A stretch of DNA of 64,000 nucleotides, taken from the NCBI GenBank assembly GCA_964520555.1, contig CAZFNN010000001.1, positions 253,858-317,857 of the forward strand, in the 5' to 3' direction. The notes beneath the pieces were generated by a model. That model was not told the origin of the DNA and ran no database searches. It saw only the letters and a list, made by a program, of their open reading frames with translations. This DNA comes from an uncultured Ignavibacteria bacterium (lineage in GTDB: Bacteria > Zixibacteria > MSB-5A5 > CAIYYT01). This document shows, piece after piece, positions 20,674-28,497 of this stretch (its first letter is position 1; the number at the start of each line of letters is the position of its first letter). The position numbers were made by a program, and so were the translations under genes.

Positions 20674-21651
20674 ATGACCGCGACAGGTCAAGACACAATT
20701 CGAACCTTGGGCGCTCTGGCCCTTGCCAGCCGCTTGAAGCGGCTGAGCGACCGCCTCGCTCGCGACATTTCCCGCATCTACGCCGAACACGAAGTGAATT
20801 TTGAGGCGCGCTGGTTTCCGGTCGCTTTCCTGCTCTTCGAGCGCAGCCCGCTGGCGGTGACGGAAATTGCCGAGCAATTGAAATTCACCCATCCGGCGGT
20901 CAACCAGATCGCCGGCCAGATGGAGAAGAATGGCCTGCTCGTTTCTGCGCGCGACCGGCAGGACGATCGTAAGCGCCTGCTCAGCTTGAGCAAGCACGGC
21001 CGCCAGACCGTCACGGCACTGCAACCAATGTGGGAAGTCATCCGCAACTGTAACGAAGAGCTGCTGGCGTTGGTCGACCGCGACTTCCTGGGCACTCTGG
21101 ACCGAGTCGAAGATTCGCTGGCGGAACGAGAGATGTACGACCGGGTGGTCGAGCGGCTCTATCCGGAGTTATACGCGCCCGTCGACGTCATCGACTTCGA
21201 GCAGCGCTACCAGAAACTATTCAAGCAGCTCAACGTCGAGTGGCTGCAGGAGTACTTCCGGGTCGAGCCGGCCGACCTGAAGGTGCTCGATCATCCCGAC
21301 CGCCACATTCTCGCGAACGGCGGCCGGGTCTTCCTGGCCCGCGCTGGCAGTACAGTCGTCGGGACGGCGGCGCTCGTTCGGCACAACGATGACGTTTACG
21401 AGATTGCCAAAATGGCCGTGACGCGGCGCTTTCGCAGCCGCGGTATCGGTCGCCGACTGGCGCAGCACTGCATCGAGCAAGCTGCTACGCTGGGGGCCCG
21501 TGAGGTTGTACTCGCGACCAGCCCAAAGCTGACCGCTGCCAACCTGCTCTATCGCAAGCTTGGATTTCGCAAATTGAGAACAACCCCGCCCTGGGCCACG
21601 CGCTATGCCCGCGCGACAGTCTACATGCGCCTACGGCTACCGAGCCCCTAA
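20674..21651 (+). CDS. Fusion protein: MarR-type winged-helix transcriptional regulator (N-terminus) plus GNAT N-acetyltransferase (C-terminus)
   Basis: N-terminus RWFPVAFLLFERSPLAVTEIAEQLKFTHPAVNQIAGQMEKNGLLVSARDRQDDRKRLLSLSKHGRQ (MarR wHTH). C-terminus VVGTAALVRH...YEIAKMAVTRRFRSRGIGRRLAQHCIEQAATLGAREVVL (GNAT motif A, R-x-x-G-x-G). Confidence 0.75.
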   Translation: MTATGQDTIRTLGALALASRLKRLSDRLARDISRIYAEHEVNFEARWFPVAFLLFERSPLAVTEIAEQLKFTHPAVNQIAGQMEKNGLLVSARDRQDDRKRLLSLSKHGRQTVTALQPMWEVIRNCNEELLALVDRDFLGTLDRVEDSLAEREMYDRVVERLYPELYAPVDVIDFEQRYQKLFKQLNVEWLQEYFRVEPADLKVLDHPDRHILANGGRVFLARAGSTVVGTAALVRHNDDVYEIAKMAVTRRFRSRGIGRRLAQHCIEQAATLGAREVVLATSPKLTAANLLYRKLGFRKLRTTPPWATRYARATVYMRLRLPSP

Positions 21652-21672
21652 CAATTTGGAAGAGGAGATGAC

Positions 21673-23037
21673 ATGAGCTTCCGGTCACACCCGCATCTGG
21701 TTTCTCTGATATTGAGCCTCGCTTTCATGCTGGCGCTTTGTTCAAGTGAACGCGCCAATGCACAGCTCATAATCTCGACCGAAACCAGCGATCGGACGCT
21801 TGACGCCAAGGTGCAAGCGGCGATTATCGACAGCGTCTCGAAGGCTCTGGTCGACGAATACGTCTTCCTCGACAAGGCCCAGGCGATGAGCAAATTCATC
21901 CAAGATCAATTCCGGAAAGGCGCCTACAAATCCATCACCAGCGGCCGGGAGTTTGCTCTGCGGTTAACGGAAGATCTGCGCTCGATCTCAGACGATCGCC
22001 ATCTCGGCGTCCACTTTGTCAGCGACAATCAACTCAAGGAAATGGCAGCCGCACGTGACTCGTTGGCCCCAAATCCGTGGTACGAGGAGATGAAAGCGAG
22101 CAACTACGGCTTCCGGAAGCTGGAAATCCTTGACGGTAATGTCGGCTACCTGGACCTGCGCGGCTTTGTGCCCGCCGAGATCGCCGGCGGCACCGCCATA
22201 GCCGCCATGAATTTCCTCAGCGGCTGCGACGCGGTGATCTTCGACTTGCGCCAGAACGGCGGCGGCGATCCGTCGATGATCCAGCTCATCACCAGCTACC
22301 TTTTCGAGACGCCGGTCCACTTGAACAGCTTCTATATCCGCGCGCAGGACACGATCCAACAATTCTGGACCCAGGCGTACGTCCCCGGCAACAAGATGCC
22401 GGGTACCGCTGTGTATGTGCTGACCAGCCCGTTTACTTTCTCCGGCGGCGAGGAGTTCACCTATAATCTCAAGAGCCTCAAGCGCGGAACGATCATCGGC
22501 AAGACCACGGGCGGCGGCGCGCATCCGACTAACGAGCGGCTTTTTGCGAGTCTCAATGTCCAGATTGCCGTCCCCTTTGGTCGCGTCATTAACCCGATCA
22601 CCGGCACCAATTGGGAAGGCGTTGGTGTTGCGCCCGACATCGAGGTCGATCCGCAACAAGCCCTCGATGTTGCGTACTTGGCGGCGCTGCAGGCGATCTC
22701 GGAAAAATCGACCGATCTCCGCAAGAAAGAACGGCTGCAGTGGGCGGCGGAAGCGATTGCGGCTCGCGTTCGACCGACGCAACTGGATGAAGCCAAGCTC
22801 GCCGAGTATGTCGGCACCTACGGCCCGCGCCGGGTCTGGTTGGAAAACGGCAAGCTACGCTACCAGCGCGAACAGAATCCCGCGTCTAACTTGGTGCCGC
22901 TGGGGAATGATCGCTTCATGATTGAGAATGTCGATTACTTCCGTGCGCAGTTTCTGCGCGACGAAAGCGGCCGCGTGGTCACTTTCCTCGGGCTCTACGA
23001 TAACGGCACCAGCGACCAGCACGCGCGAACCGATTAG
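21673..23037 (+). CDS. Secreted S41-family peptidase (C-terminal processing / tail-specific protease-like)
   Basis: Signal peptide. VIFDLRQNGGGDP, FTFSGGEEFTYNLKSLKRGTIIGKTTGGGAHP (catalytic Ser/Lys region of the S41 fold). Confidence 0.7.
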   Translation: MSFRSHPHLVSLILSLAFMLALCSSERANAQLIISTETSDRTLDAKVQAAIIDSVSKALVDEYVFLDKAQAMSKFIQDQFRKGAYKSITSGREFALRLTEDLRSISDDRHLGVHFVSDNQLKEMAAARDSLAPNPWYEEMKASNYGFRKLEILDGNVGYLDLRGFVPAEIAGGTAIAAMNFLSGCDAVIFDLRQNGGGDPSMIQLITSYLFETPVHLNSFYIRAQDTIQQFWTQAYVPGNKMPGTAVYVLTSPFTFSGGEEFTYNLKSLKRGTIIGKTTGGGAHPTNERLFASLNVQIAVPFGRVINPITGTNWEGVGVAPDIEVDPQQALDVAYLAALQAISEKSTDLRKKERLQWAAEAIAARVRPTQLDEAKLAEYVGTYGPRRVWLENGKLRYQREQNPASNLVPLGNDRFMIENVDYFRAQFLRDESGRVVTFLGLYDNGTSDQHARTD

Positions 23038-23044
23038 CGACCGG

Positions 23045-23581
23045 CTAAAGCGCGATGGCGTATCGCAGCAGGAGGTATCCGAAGGTTGCGTTGCCGGTGC
23101 TCGTCGAGGCTTTCACCAGCCGCAGTTCCGTCGAGACGTTGGAGGATTGACGGTCGTACAACGAGACCGATACGCCGAGATGTCCAGTCAGCGCGCGGTT
23201 CGACTTGGACCATTCGCGCATGTCGGAAAACCCGATACCAATCCCGCCGCCGATGGCGAGTTTGACCTTACCTGAAATTGCGAAGTGGCCGTTCAGAGAG
23301 AGCGGCAGATCGACTAGGTAGCTCCCGCCCGAGCGTCCGCTTGCCACAATTGCGCAGAACGTAGGAGCAATTGCGAGGTTGAGGTCGGCTCCGATGCCAA
23401 TCGCCATCCCCACGCCGGTCATTGTATGGAAGTTGCTTCCGGCGCCCTTCTGAGCTCCAGCACCGAGCGATAAAGCCCAGGAAACCTGCCCCGGTTCCGC
23501 AGAGTCGAACCCGCTAGCGCTCTCGTGTGTTAGCGTCACGATCAGTATCAGGAAGATGGCTCTTGTCGCAATCGACCGCAT
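23045..23581 (-). CDS. Small outer-membrane beta-barrel protein (OmpW/OmpA-beta-barrel-like), secreted
   Basis: Signal peptide, alternating hydrophobic beta-strand pattern rich in G/A/S, 178 aa. No specific family assignable from sequence alone. Confidence 0.4.
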   Translation of the reverse strand: MRSIATRAIFLILIVTLTHESASGFDSAEPGQVSWALSLGAGAQKGAGSNFHTMTGVGMAIGIGADLNLAIAPTFCAIVASGRSGGSYLVDLPLSLNGHFAISGKVKLAIGGGIGIGFSDMREWSKSNRALTGHLGVSVSLYDRQSSNVSTELRLVKASTSTGNATFGYLLLRYAIAL

Positions 23582-23645
23582 CGTTACTCCGTAGTTAGTC
23601 CCCCCTGCCCGCTCTGATCAGGATCGGAATCTTGCTCTAAGTGGC

Positions 23646-23957
23646 TTAGCCCCACGCCAGAAAATGATAGTGGAGGTGAAAGACGATCTGCCCCGAACCG
23701 GGACCGTTGTTGATCTGGATGCGGAAGTCCTTGCCGCGCTCGCCCAGCATCTCACTCACCTTTCGGACCGCAGCGGCCAAATGCCCGTGTACCTCCGGCG
23801 GCGCGCTTAGGAAATTCTCATAGTGTTGCCTGGGGCAAATGAGTAGGTGGATCGGAGCTTTCGGCGCAATATCATGAAAGACGATGACATTCTCGTCCTG
23901 ATAGAAGATCTTGGTCGGCGCTGATCCTTCGATGATGCGACAGAAGATGCAAAGCAT
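23646..23957 (-). CDS. HIT (histidine triad) family protein
   Basis: C-terminal HLHYHFL histidine triad; N-terminus CIFCRII; start trimmed to the MLCIFC Met. Confidence 0.8.
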   Translation of the reverse strand: MLCIFCRIIEGSAPTKIFYQDENVIVFHDIAPKAPIHLLICPRQHYENFLSAPPEVHGHLAAAVRKVSEMLGERGKDFRIQINNGPGSGQIVFHLHYHFLAWG

Positions 23958-24186
23958 GGGGTCGAGATTAGCGAATTGGAATTCTCCGTGCAAGCCGATA
24001 GTCTCTTGGCAACAGCATCGTAAGATGCCCGCCGTCTCACCGACTACGCCCAGAACTGACTTCCCACATACTTCCCTTTCCGACTTGTCTCGCGGTGCCC
24101 CATTCTGCGCAGTGGAACGCCTCTAATTGCGAAGTTTTGCAGCACGGGCAATCGCTACTAATTCGCCAGAAATCCCCAAATAATTC

Positions 24187-24215
24187 TTGACAAGATTTGC
24201 CTTCATCTATATATA
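24187..24215 (+). promoter_or_regulatory. Sigma70-type promoter of the citrate synthase gene (TTGACA-17 bp-TATATA)
   Basis: Consensus -35 hexamer and near-consensus -10 with a 17-nt spacer, in an AT-rich 150-bp intergenic region about 100 bp upstream of the start codon. Confidence 0.55.
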
Positions 24216-24228
24216 GGACAGATAGAAT

Positions 24229-24244
24229 TGTGAATTAATTCACA
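24229..24244. promoter_or_regulatory. Perfect palindrome TGTGA-ATTAAT-TCACA (CRP/FNR-family-type operator) centred about 20 bp downstream of the -10
   Basis: Seen directly. It matches the TGTGA-N6-TCACA half-site consensus of CRP-family regulators. Its position overlapping the transcription start suggests repression. A short GC hairpin, CGCCC-GGAG-GGGCG, follows at 24251-24264. Confidence 0.45.
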
Positions 24245-24318
24245 TAACTACGCCCGGAGGGGCGATATGACAGCGGCCTCGCTCCTGCCATTGCTCAGTC
24301 CGGCAGATAGAGGTACAT

Positions 24319-25620
24319 ATGGCAACCGTAGCACAAGAAGTGAAAATGACAGCATTAAGAGAAAAATTAGCGTCCGAATTCCCGAAAAAGGCGACGGAAA
24401 TTCGGGAAATGGTGAAACAATTCGGCAATCTGAAAATCTCCGAGGTGAGTATCGAGCAAGCCTACGGCGGCATGCGCGGCGTGAAGGGGTTGGTCTGCGA
24501 CACGTCCGAGGTTCCGCCGGATAAGGGTTTGATCATCCGGGAGATTCCGGTCGGCCAGCTCGTCGACAAGACCCCCGAAGAGACCTTCTGGCTGCTGCTG
24601 ACCGGCGAACTCCCTACCAAGGAACAACTCGCCGATCTCGACAAGGATCTCAAGGCTCGTGCTAAGGTGCCGGAATACGTTTGGAAGGTCCTCGAGGCGA
24701 TGCCGAAGGACTCGCATCCGATGGCGATGTTCAACACTGCCATTCTCGTCATGGAGAAGGAGTCGAAGTTCCGGTTGCATTACGACCAGGGGATGCCGAA
24801 GAGCGACTACTGGGTGTGGACCCTAGAAGACGCTCTCGACATCATCGCCCGCCTGCCCGAAATCGCAGCCGGCGTATACCGGATGCGTTTCGGTAAAGGC
24901 GCGCGGATTGCCTCCGATCCCAAGCTGACCTGGTCAGAAAACTACGTGAAGATGCTCGGACTGCCTGATCCGCAAGGCAAGTTCGCCGATTGCATGCGCC
25001 TGTATCTGGTGCTGCATTCCGATCATGAATCGGGCAACGTCTCGGCACATACGACGTTCTGCGTCAATTCGGCGCTGTCCGACCTCTACTACTCGCTGTC
25101 CGCCGGCCTCAACGGCCTGGCCGGTCCGCTGCACGGTCTGGCCAATCAGGAATGCCTGCACTGGATTCTTGATGTGAAGAAGAAGTTCGGCGGCGTTCCG
25201 AGTGAAGAGCAACTCAAGCAGTTTGCATGGGAAACTCTGAATTCCGGCAAGGTGGTTCCGGGTTACGGCCATGCCGTGCTGCGTATCACCGATCCGCGCT
25301 TTGCGGCCTTCCTCGACTGGGGCAAGAAGCACATTGCACAGGACGAGGTCTTCCAGATCGTTGAGCGCGTGTTCAATACCGTGCCGGGAGTGCTGCAGCA
25401 AGTGCAGAAGATCAAAGATCCATGGCCGAACGTTGATGCCGGATCGGGCGCGCTGCTGTATCACTTCGGTTTGACCGAATTCGACTATTACACGGTCCTC
25501 TTCAGCGTTTCGCGCGCTCTGGGCGTTTGTGCTCAGGCAGTCGTGGCGCGGGCGATGGGCTGGCCAATTGAACGTCCAAAGTCTGTAACAACCAAGTGGA
25601 TGAAATCACAAATCAAGTGA
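24319..25620 (+). CDS. gltA: Citrate synthase (eukaryotic/type-I-like)
   Basis: GGMRGVKGLVCDTSEV, HSDHE.GNVSAHT, GYGHAVLR.TDPR motifs; 433 aa; the N-terminal region resembles mitochondrial-type enzymes. AGAGGT RBS. Confidence 0.9.
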   Translation: MATVAQEVKMTALREKLASEFPKKATEIREMVKQFGNLKISEVSIEQAYGGMRGVKGLVCDTSEVPPDKGLIIREIPVGQLVDKTPEETFWLLLTGELPTKEQLADLDKDLKARAKVPEYVWKVLEAMPKDSHPMAMFNTAILVMEKESKFRLHYDQGMPKSDYWVWTLEDALDIIARLPEIAAGVYRMRFGKGARIASDPKLTWSENYVKMLGLPDPQGKFADCMRLYLVLHSDHESGNVSAHTTFCVNSALSDLYYSLSAGLNGLAGPLHGLANQECLHWILDVKKKFGGVPSEEQLKQFAWETLNSGKVVPGYGHAVLRITDPRFAAFLDWGKKHIAQDEVFQIVERVFNTVPGVLQQVQKIKDPWPNVDAGSGALLYHFGLTEFDYYTVLFSVSRALGVCAQAVVARAMGWPIERPKSVTTKWMKSQIK

Positions 25621-25791
25621 GACGCTTGGAACTTTGCAGCAGTGCAGACGTTAGAATTGGTAGATGACATTGAAAACAGACAACATCGCCAGATGTTGAC
25701 GATTTAATAGTAATCCTACCGGAAGGGCCTGAGGTAAATCGCTTCAGGTTGCTCCTCGGGGACCCTTCCTTATCCTACCCTGTACCCAACG

Positions 25792-25831
25792 GACCGGGGT
25801 TGTCGTCAGACGGCCCCGGTCATCCTTTTGT
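25792..25831 (+). terminator. Intrinsic terminator about 170 nt downstream of gltA
   Basis: GACCGGGG-(UUGUCGUCAGACGG)-CCCCGGUC followed by AUCCUUUUGU. Confidence 0.5.
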
Positions 25832-25872
25832 AGCAGTTATCTATCGGACTTTGTGAAATAAATCTCCATTGC

Positions 25873-26811
25873 TCAAGCACGGATGAGTGCGCGCAACGGC
25901 CGGAAGCTTATCAGCCGAAAGGCTCCTGATTCCAAGCGTTGACGCAACTCAGGGGATGTCAAGATACGGTAGTCCCAACTACGGACCTGCCAAATCAATC
26001 CCGCCCCGTCGTCGACGTGAACTCCGTCTAACTCGCTGAGCCAGGCGGCGCGGGCAGGATGGAAATACAACTCCGTGACTCCTGCTGGTAAAGCATCAAT
26101 AAGTCGCAGCGTGTAGGACAGCTTGTCGTCAAAGCTTTCGAAAGCATCGATGGGGACATATACGAAGTTGTCGGGAAAATGCAGCCCCAGATCATGTGCG
26201 TGGCCAATCCAGTCGTCTTCGTGTCCAAGTTCGCGCACCAGCATACGTGAGCCCATCCGCATGGGCAGGCGGAAACGCGCGCCAAGACGGATGTAGACCT
26301 CCGCGAATTCCGGACGTAGCTGCAGGGTACCTTCGTGGCTATCAAGGTGCGTCAAGTCCACACCAACAGACAAGACTCTCTTGATTTGGGCAATCGCCTC
26401 GCGCTCGGCCTCTTCAGGTCTGGCGTTGGCGAAAAAATCGTCGCGATTCAGGTAAAAGTGACCGTTTCTGTCTACCAGACTTGGAATTTCCGCGGCCGGC
26501 AAAATCGGTGTAGCCGGCGAATCTGGCAACGACGACGTCAACGTCAGGTGCAAGCCACAATCGGGGATCGACCCGTCCTTGACCAGCCTGACAGCCTCAT
26601 CATATGCCCTGCCGGTCGCCATAAGCGTTGTGGAACTTACCAAGCCGAGTTCAAACAGCTCGGCGATTGACCGGTTGACTGCCGGAGTCAGACCAAAATC
26701 GTCAGCATTTATGATGAGCAGCCTCTCGTCACCATCGTGTCCAAGATGTTGGGCCAACGTCGCGTTTCTCTGGCCAAGAAGGTAAGGCTCTGCCTGTACA
26801 AGTGGAATCAT
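25873..26811 (-). CDS. YdjC/ChbG-family carbohydrate deacetylase
   Basis: LLIINADDFGLTPAVNRSI N-terminal hallmark, HLTLTS, THLDSH; 312 aa. Confidence 0.75.
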   Translation of the reverse strand: MIPLVQAEPYLLGQRNATLAQHLGHDGDERLLIINADDFGLTPAVNRSIAELFELGLVSSTTLMATGRAYDEAVRLVKDGSIPDCGLHLTLTSSLPDSPATPILPAAEIPSLVDRNGHFYLNRDDFFANARPEEAEREAIAQIKRVLSVGVDLTHLDSHEGTLQLRPEFAEVYIRLGARFRLPMRMGSRMLVRELGHEDDWIGHAHDLGLHFPDNFVYVPIDAFESFDDKLSYTLRLIDALPAGVTELYFHPARAAWLSELDGVHVDDGAGLIWQVRSWDYRILTSPELRQRLESGAFRLISFRPLRALIRA

Positions 26812-26859
26812 CGCAGGATAATACGCTCGAAAGCGAGTGAGAGCAAGCTAAGCTGGACG

Positions 26860-26911
26860 GGGAAAATAAAAAGGGAGTGGTGGAGGGGGGATACCCGAAG
26901 TCAACTTCGGG
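26860..26911 (-). terminator. Intrinsic terminator between the beta-propeller gene and the ydjC-like gene (minus strand)
   Basis: Minus-strand RNA: CCCGAAG-UUGA-CUUCGGG followed by UAUCCCCCCUCCACCACUCCCUUUUUAUUUUCC. Confidence 0.5.
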
Positions 26912-27192
26912 CGGCCGGTTGGTCCGGCGCGCACCACTCCCAGAATTCCTGGCGAGTCGCGGTCAATAATAAGAGTCCGCAACCTCAACTTCGGAGCAAT
27001 TCGAGTGCCGAAAACGCTGAAGAGTCACTTAAGGACAGCCCCTCAAGATGATGTCTTACAGTAGCTTACTGTAGCACGAAGAAACTGGACTTGTCTCGCC
27101 GGCAACGAAGACAGAATTCACCCCTTTCGATGAGCTTTTTATGCAACTTGATGCATAGAACCCTGGGCCAATATCCAGTGTTCGACTTCCAG

Positions 27193-28479
27193 TTAGTCAG
27201 CGCAGCCACAAGGCGGCGGACCGCCCGCAAAGATGAAATTGATCAGGTAGACCGCGTCGCTGATCGAGAGTGAACCGCTGCAATCCGCGTCGCCGGACCC
27301 TTCGACCTGCGGTTCGGGGCCGCCGGCAAAAATGAAGTTGATCAGGTAGACGGCATCCGAGACCGAGACCGTCCCGGAGTTATCAGCGTCACCCTTGGGA
27401 ACAAAGCATTCAGGGGACTTGGCCGCCACAGCCGGACCATCGCCGACATCGAACGCCTTCAGTACGTTTCCCTGAGCGTCGATCTCAACCAAACGATCAT
27501 CGGCGAAACAGCACGCGGCCACCGTTGAATCAGTAACCGCCGTCGCCGAGGTCACGCCCCAGCAAGTAATGATGGGGTTGGAGGGTCCATGCATGATGCT
27601 CCAGCTCGCGAGGTCGACTGTAAAGACGAGTCCGCCCGAGAGCTGCGCTCTGGACAACCTCCGCTCCACGATCTGCAATCCCCCGGAATCGCGTTTGACC
27701 GGCGGCGGCCAGCCGCCGGCGGCGAGAAATGCTACCCCCGTCTTAGTGATGGCAAGCCCGCCCGGCGAACCACCGATGTCAAGCGAGTCAATAAGATTCA
27801 GGGTCGCCGGGTCGAACTTGAAGAGTCTGCCCCCGATATCGGCATAGTTGCCAGTACAAAGGATATACAAGTATCCATCGTAACCGAAGCGAGCAAGTTG
27901 GGGATTGATGCCAACCGCTACGCGCTTGACCAGCGTATCGGCGTTCAAGTCCCAGACCTCAAGCTTGCCTTGATCGTACTCGAACAACTCGTTGAAACTG
28001 GTGAGGCAGATGTAGGCGCGGCGCCCTCGGATGACGATTCCTTGCGGGCTATCGCTGTCCAGATTATCCCCTACGGGAAACTCGGTTATGACCGCGCGAC
28101 TGCCGGCATCAACTTTGGTCACTGTCGAAGCGACCAAATTCGTCACATAGATCGTGTCGGTGCCGAGAAATGCGCCGTTGTAAGGGTTCCGGCCGGCGCC
28201 GACAAAGAGCTGTCCGACTCGCGCCAAAGTGGTCATGTCGTAGAAGTAGAGATCATTGCTGCCGGAATTTATGGCAATACCCCGGCTGGCACTGACAACA
28301 AAGTCATTGGGATAGAGACCAAGTTGATCGACACCGAGCGTAGCAGCGCTATCACTCAAGTTGACTAAATCGAACGTCTCACCCAGCCCGTCAACGACGA
28401 CGAGATTGCGTTCGGCCGCCGCCACTGAGCCCCAAACCAGGATTGGCAAGAAGATCCAGGACAGATTTCGAAGAAGCAT
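27193..28479 (-). CDS. Secreted YVTN-type beta-propeller protein with a C-terminal dockerin-like double repeat; candidate surface cobalamin-capture accessory (BtuG-like role)
   Basis: Signal peptide (no lipobox). Repeated beta-propeller blade motifs (IYVTNLVASTVTKVD, AYICLTSFNELFEYD, LYILCTGNY...LFKFD). C-terminal GDADNSGTVSVSDAVYLINFIFAGGPEP and GDADCSGSLSISDAVYLINFIFAGGPPP, two 28-aa repeats matching the dockerin Ca-binding loop pattern D-x-D-x-(S/D)-G-x5-D-A-V-x-L. Its start lies 19 nt after the stop of the riboswitch-controlled TonB receptor. Confidence 0.6.
   Translation of the reverse strand: MLLRNLSWIFLPILVWGSVAAAERNLVVVDGLGETFDLVNLSDSAATLGVDQLGLYPNDFVVSASRGIAINSGSNDLYFYDMTTLARVGQLFVGAGRNPYNGAFLGTDTIYVTNLVASTVTKVDAGSRAVITEFPVGDNLDSDSPQGIVIRGRRAYICLTSFNELFEYDQGKLEVWDLNADTLVKRVAVGINPQLARFGYDGYLYILCTGNYADIGGRLFKFDPATLNLIDSLDIGGSPGGLAITKTGVAFLAAGGWPPPVKRDSGGLQIVERRLSRAQLSGGLVFTVDLASWSIMHGPSNPIITCWGVTSATAVTDSTVAACCFADDRLVEIDAQGNVLKAFDVGDGPAVAAKSPECFVPKGDADNSGTVSVSDAVYLINFIFAGGPEPQVEGSGDADCSGSLSISDAVYLINFIFAGGPPPCGCAD
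27208..27375. repeat. Two tandem 84-bp repeat units inside the CDS (encode the dockerin-like repeat pair)
   Basis: Near-identical DNA units ..CCGCCGGCAAA(G/A)ATGAA(A/G)TTGATCAGGTAGAC(C/G)GC(G/A)TC.. are visible directly. Confidence 0.6.
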
Positions 28480-28497
28480 AGTTGATTCTCCCCGTTG

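Noticed and set aside
27040-27090. Hairpin TACAGTA-AGC-TACTGTA containing GCUACUGUAAG, the same heptamer found in the B12 riboswitch core
   Set aside because: None of the other cobalamin-riboswitch elements (GGGAA/GGUG region, GCCACUG, B12 box) are nearby. It lies between the propeller gene and the ydjC-like gene and is probably just a stem-loop.
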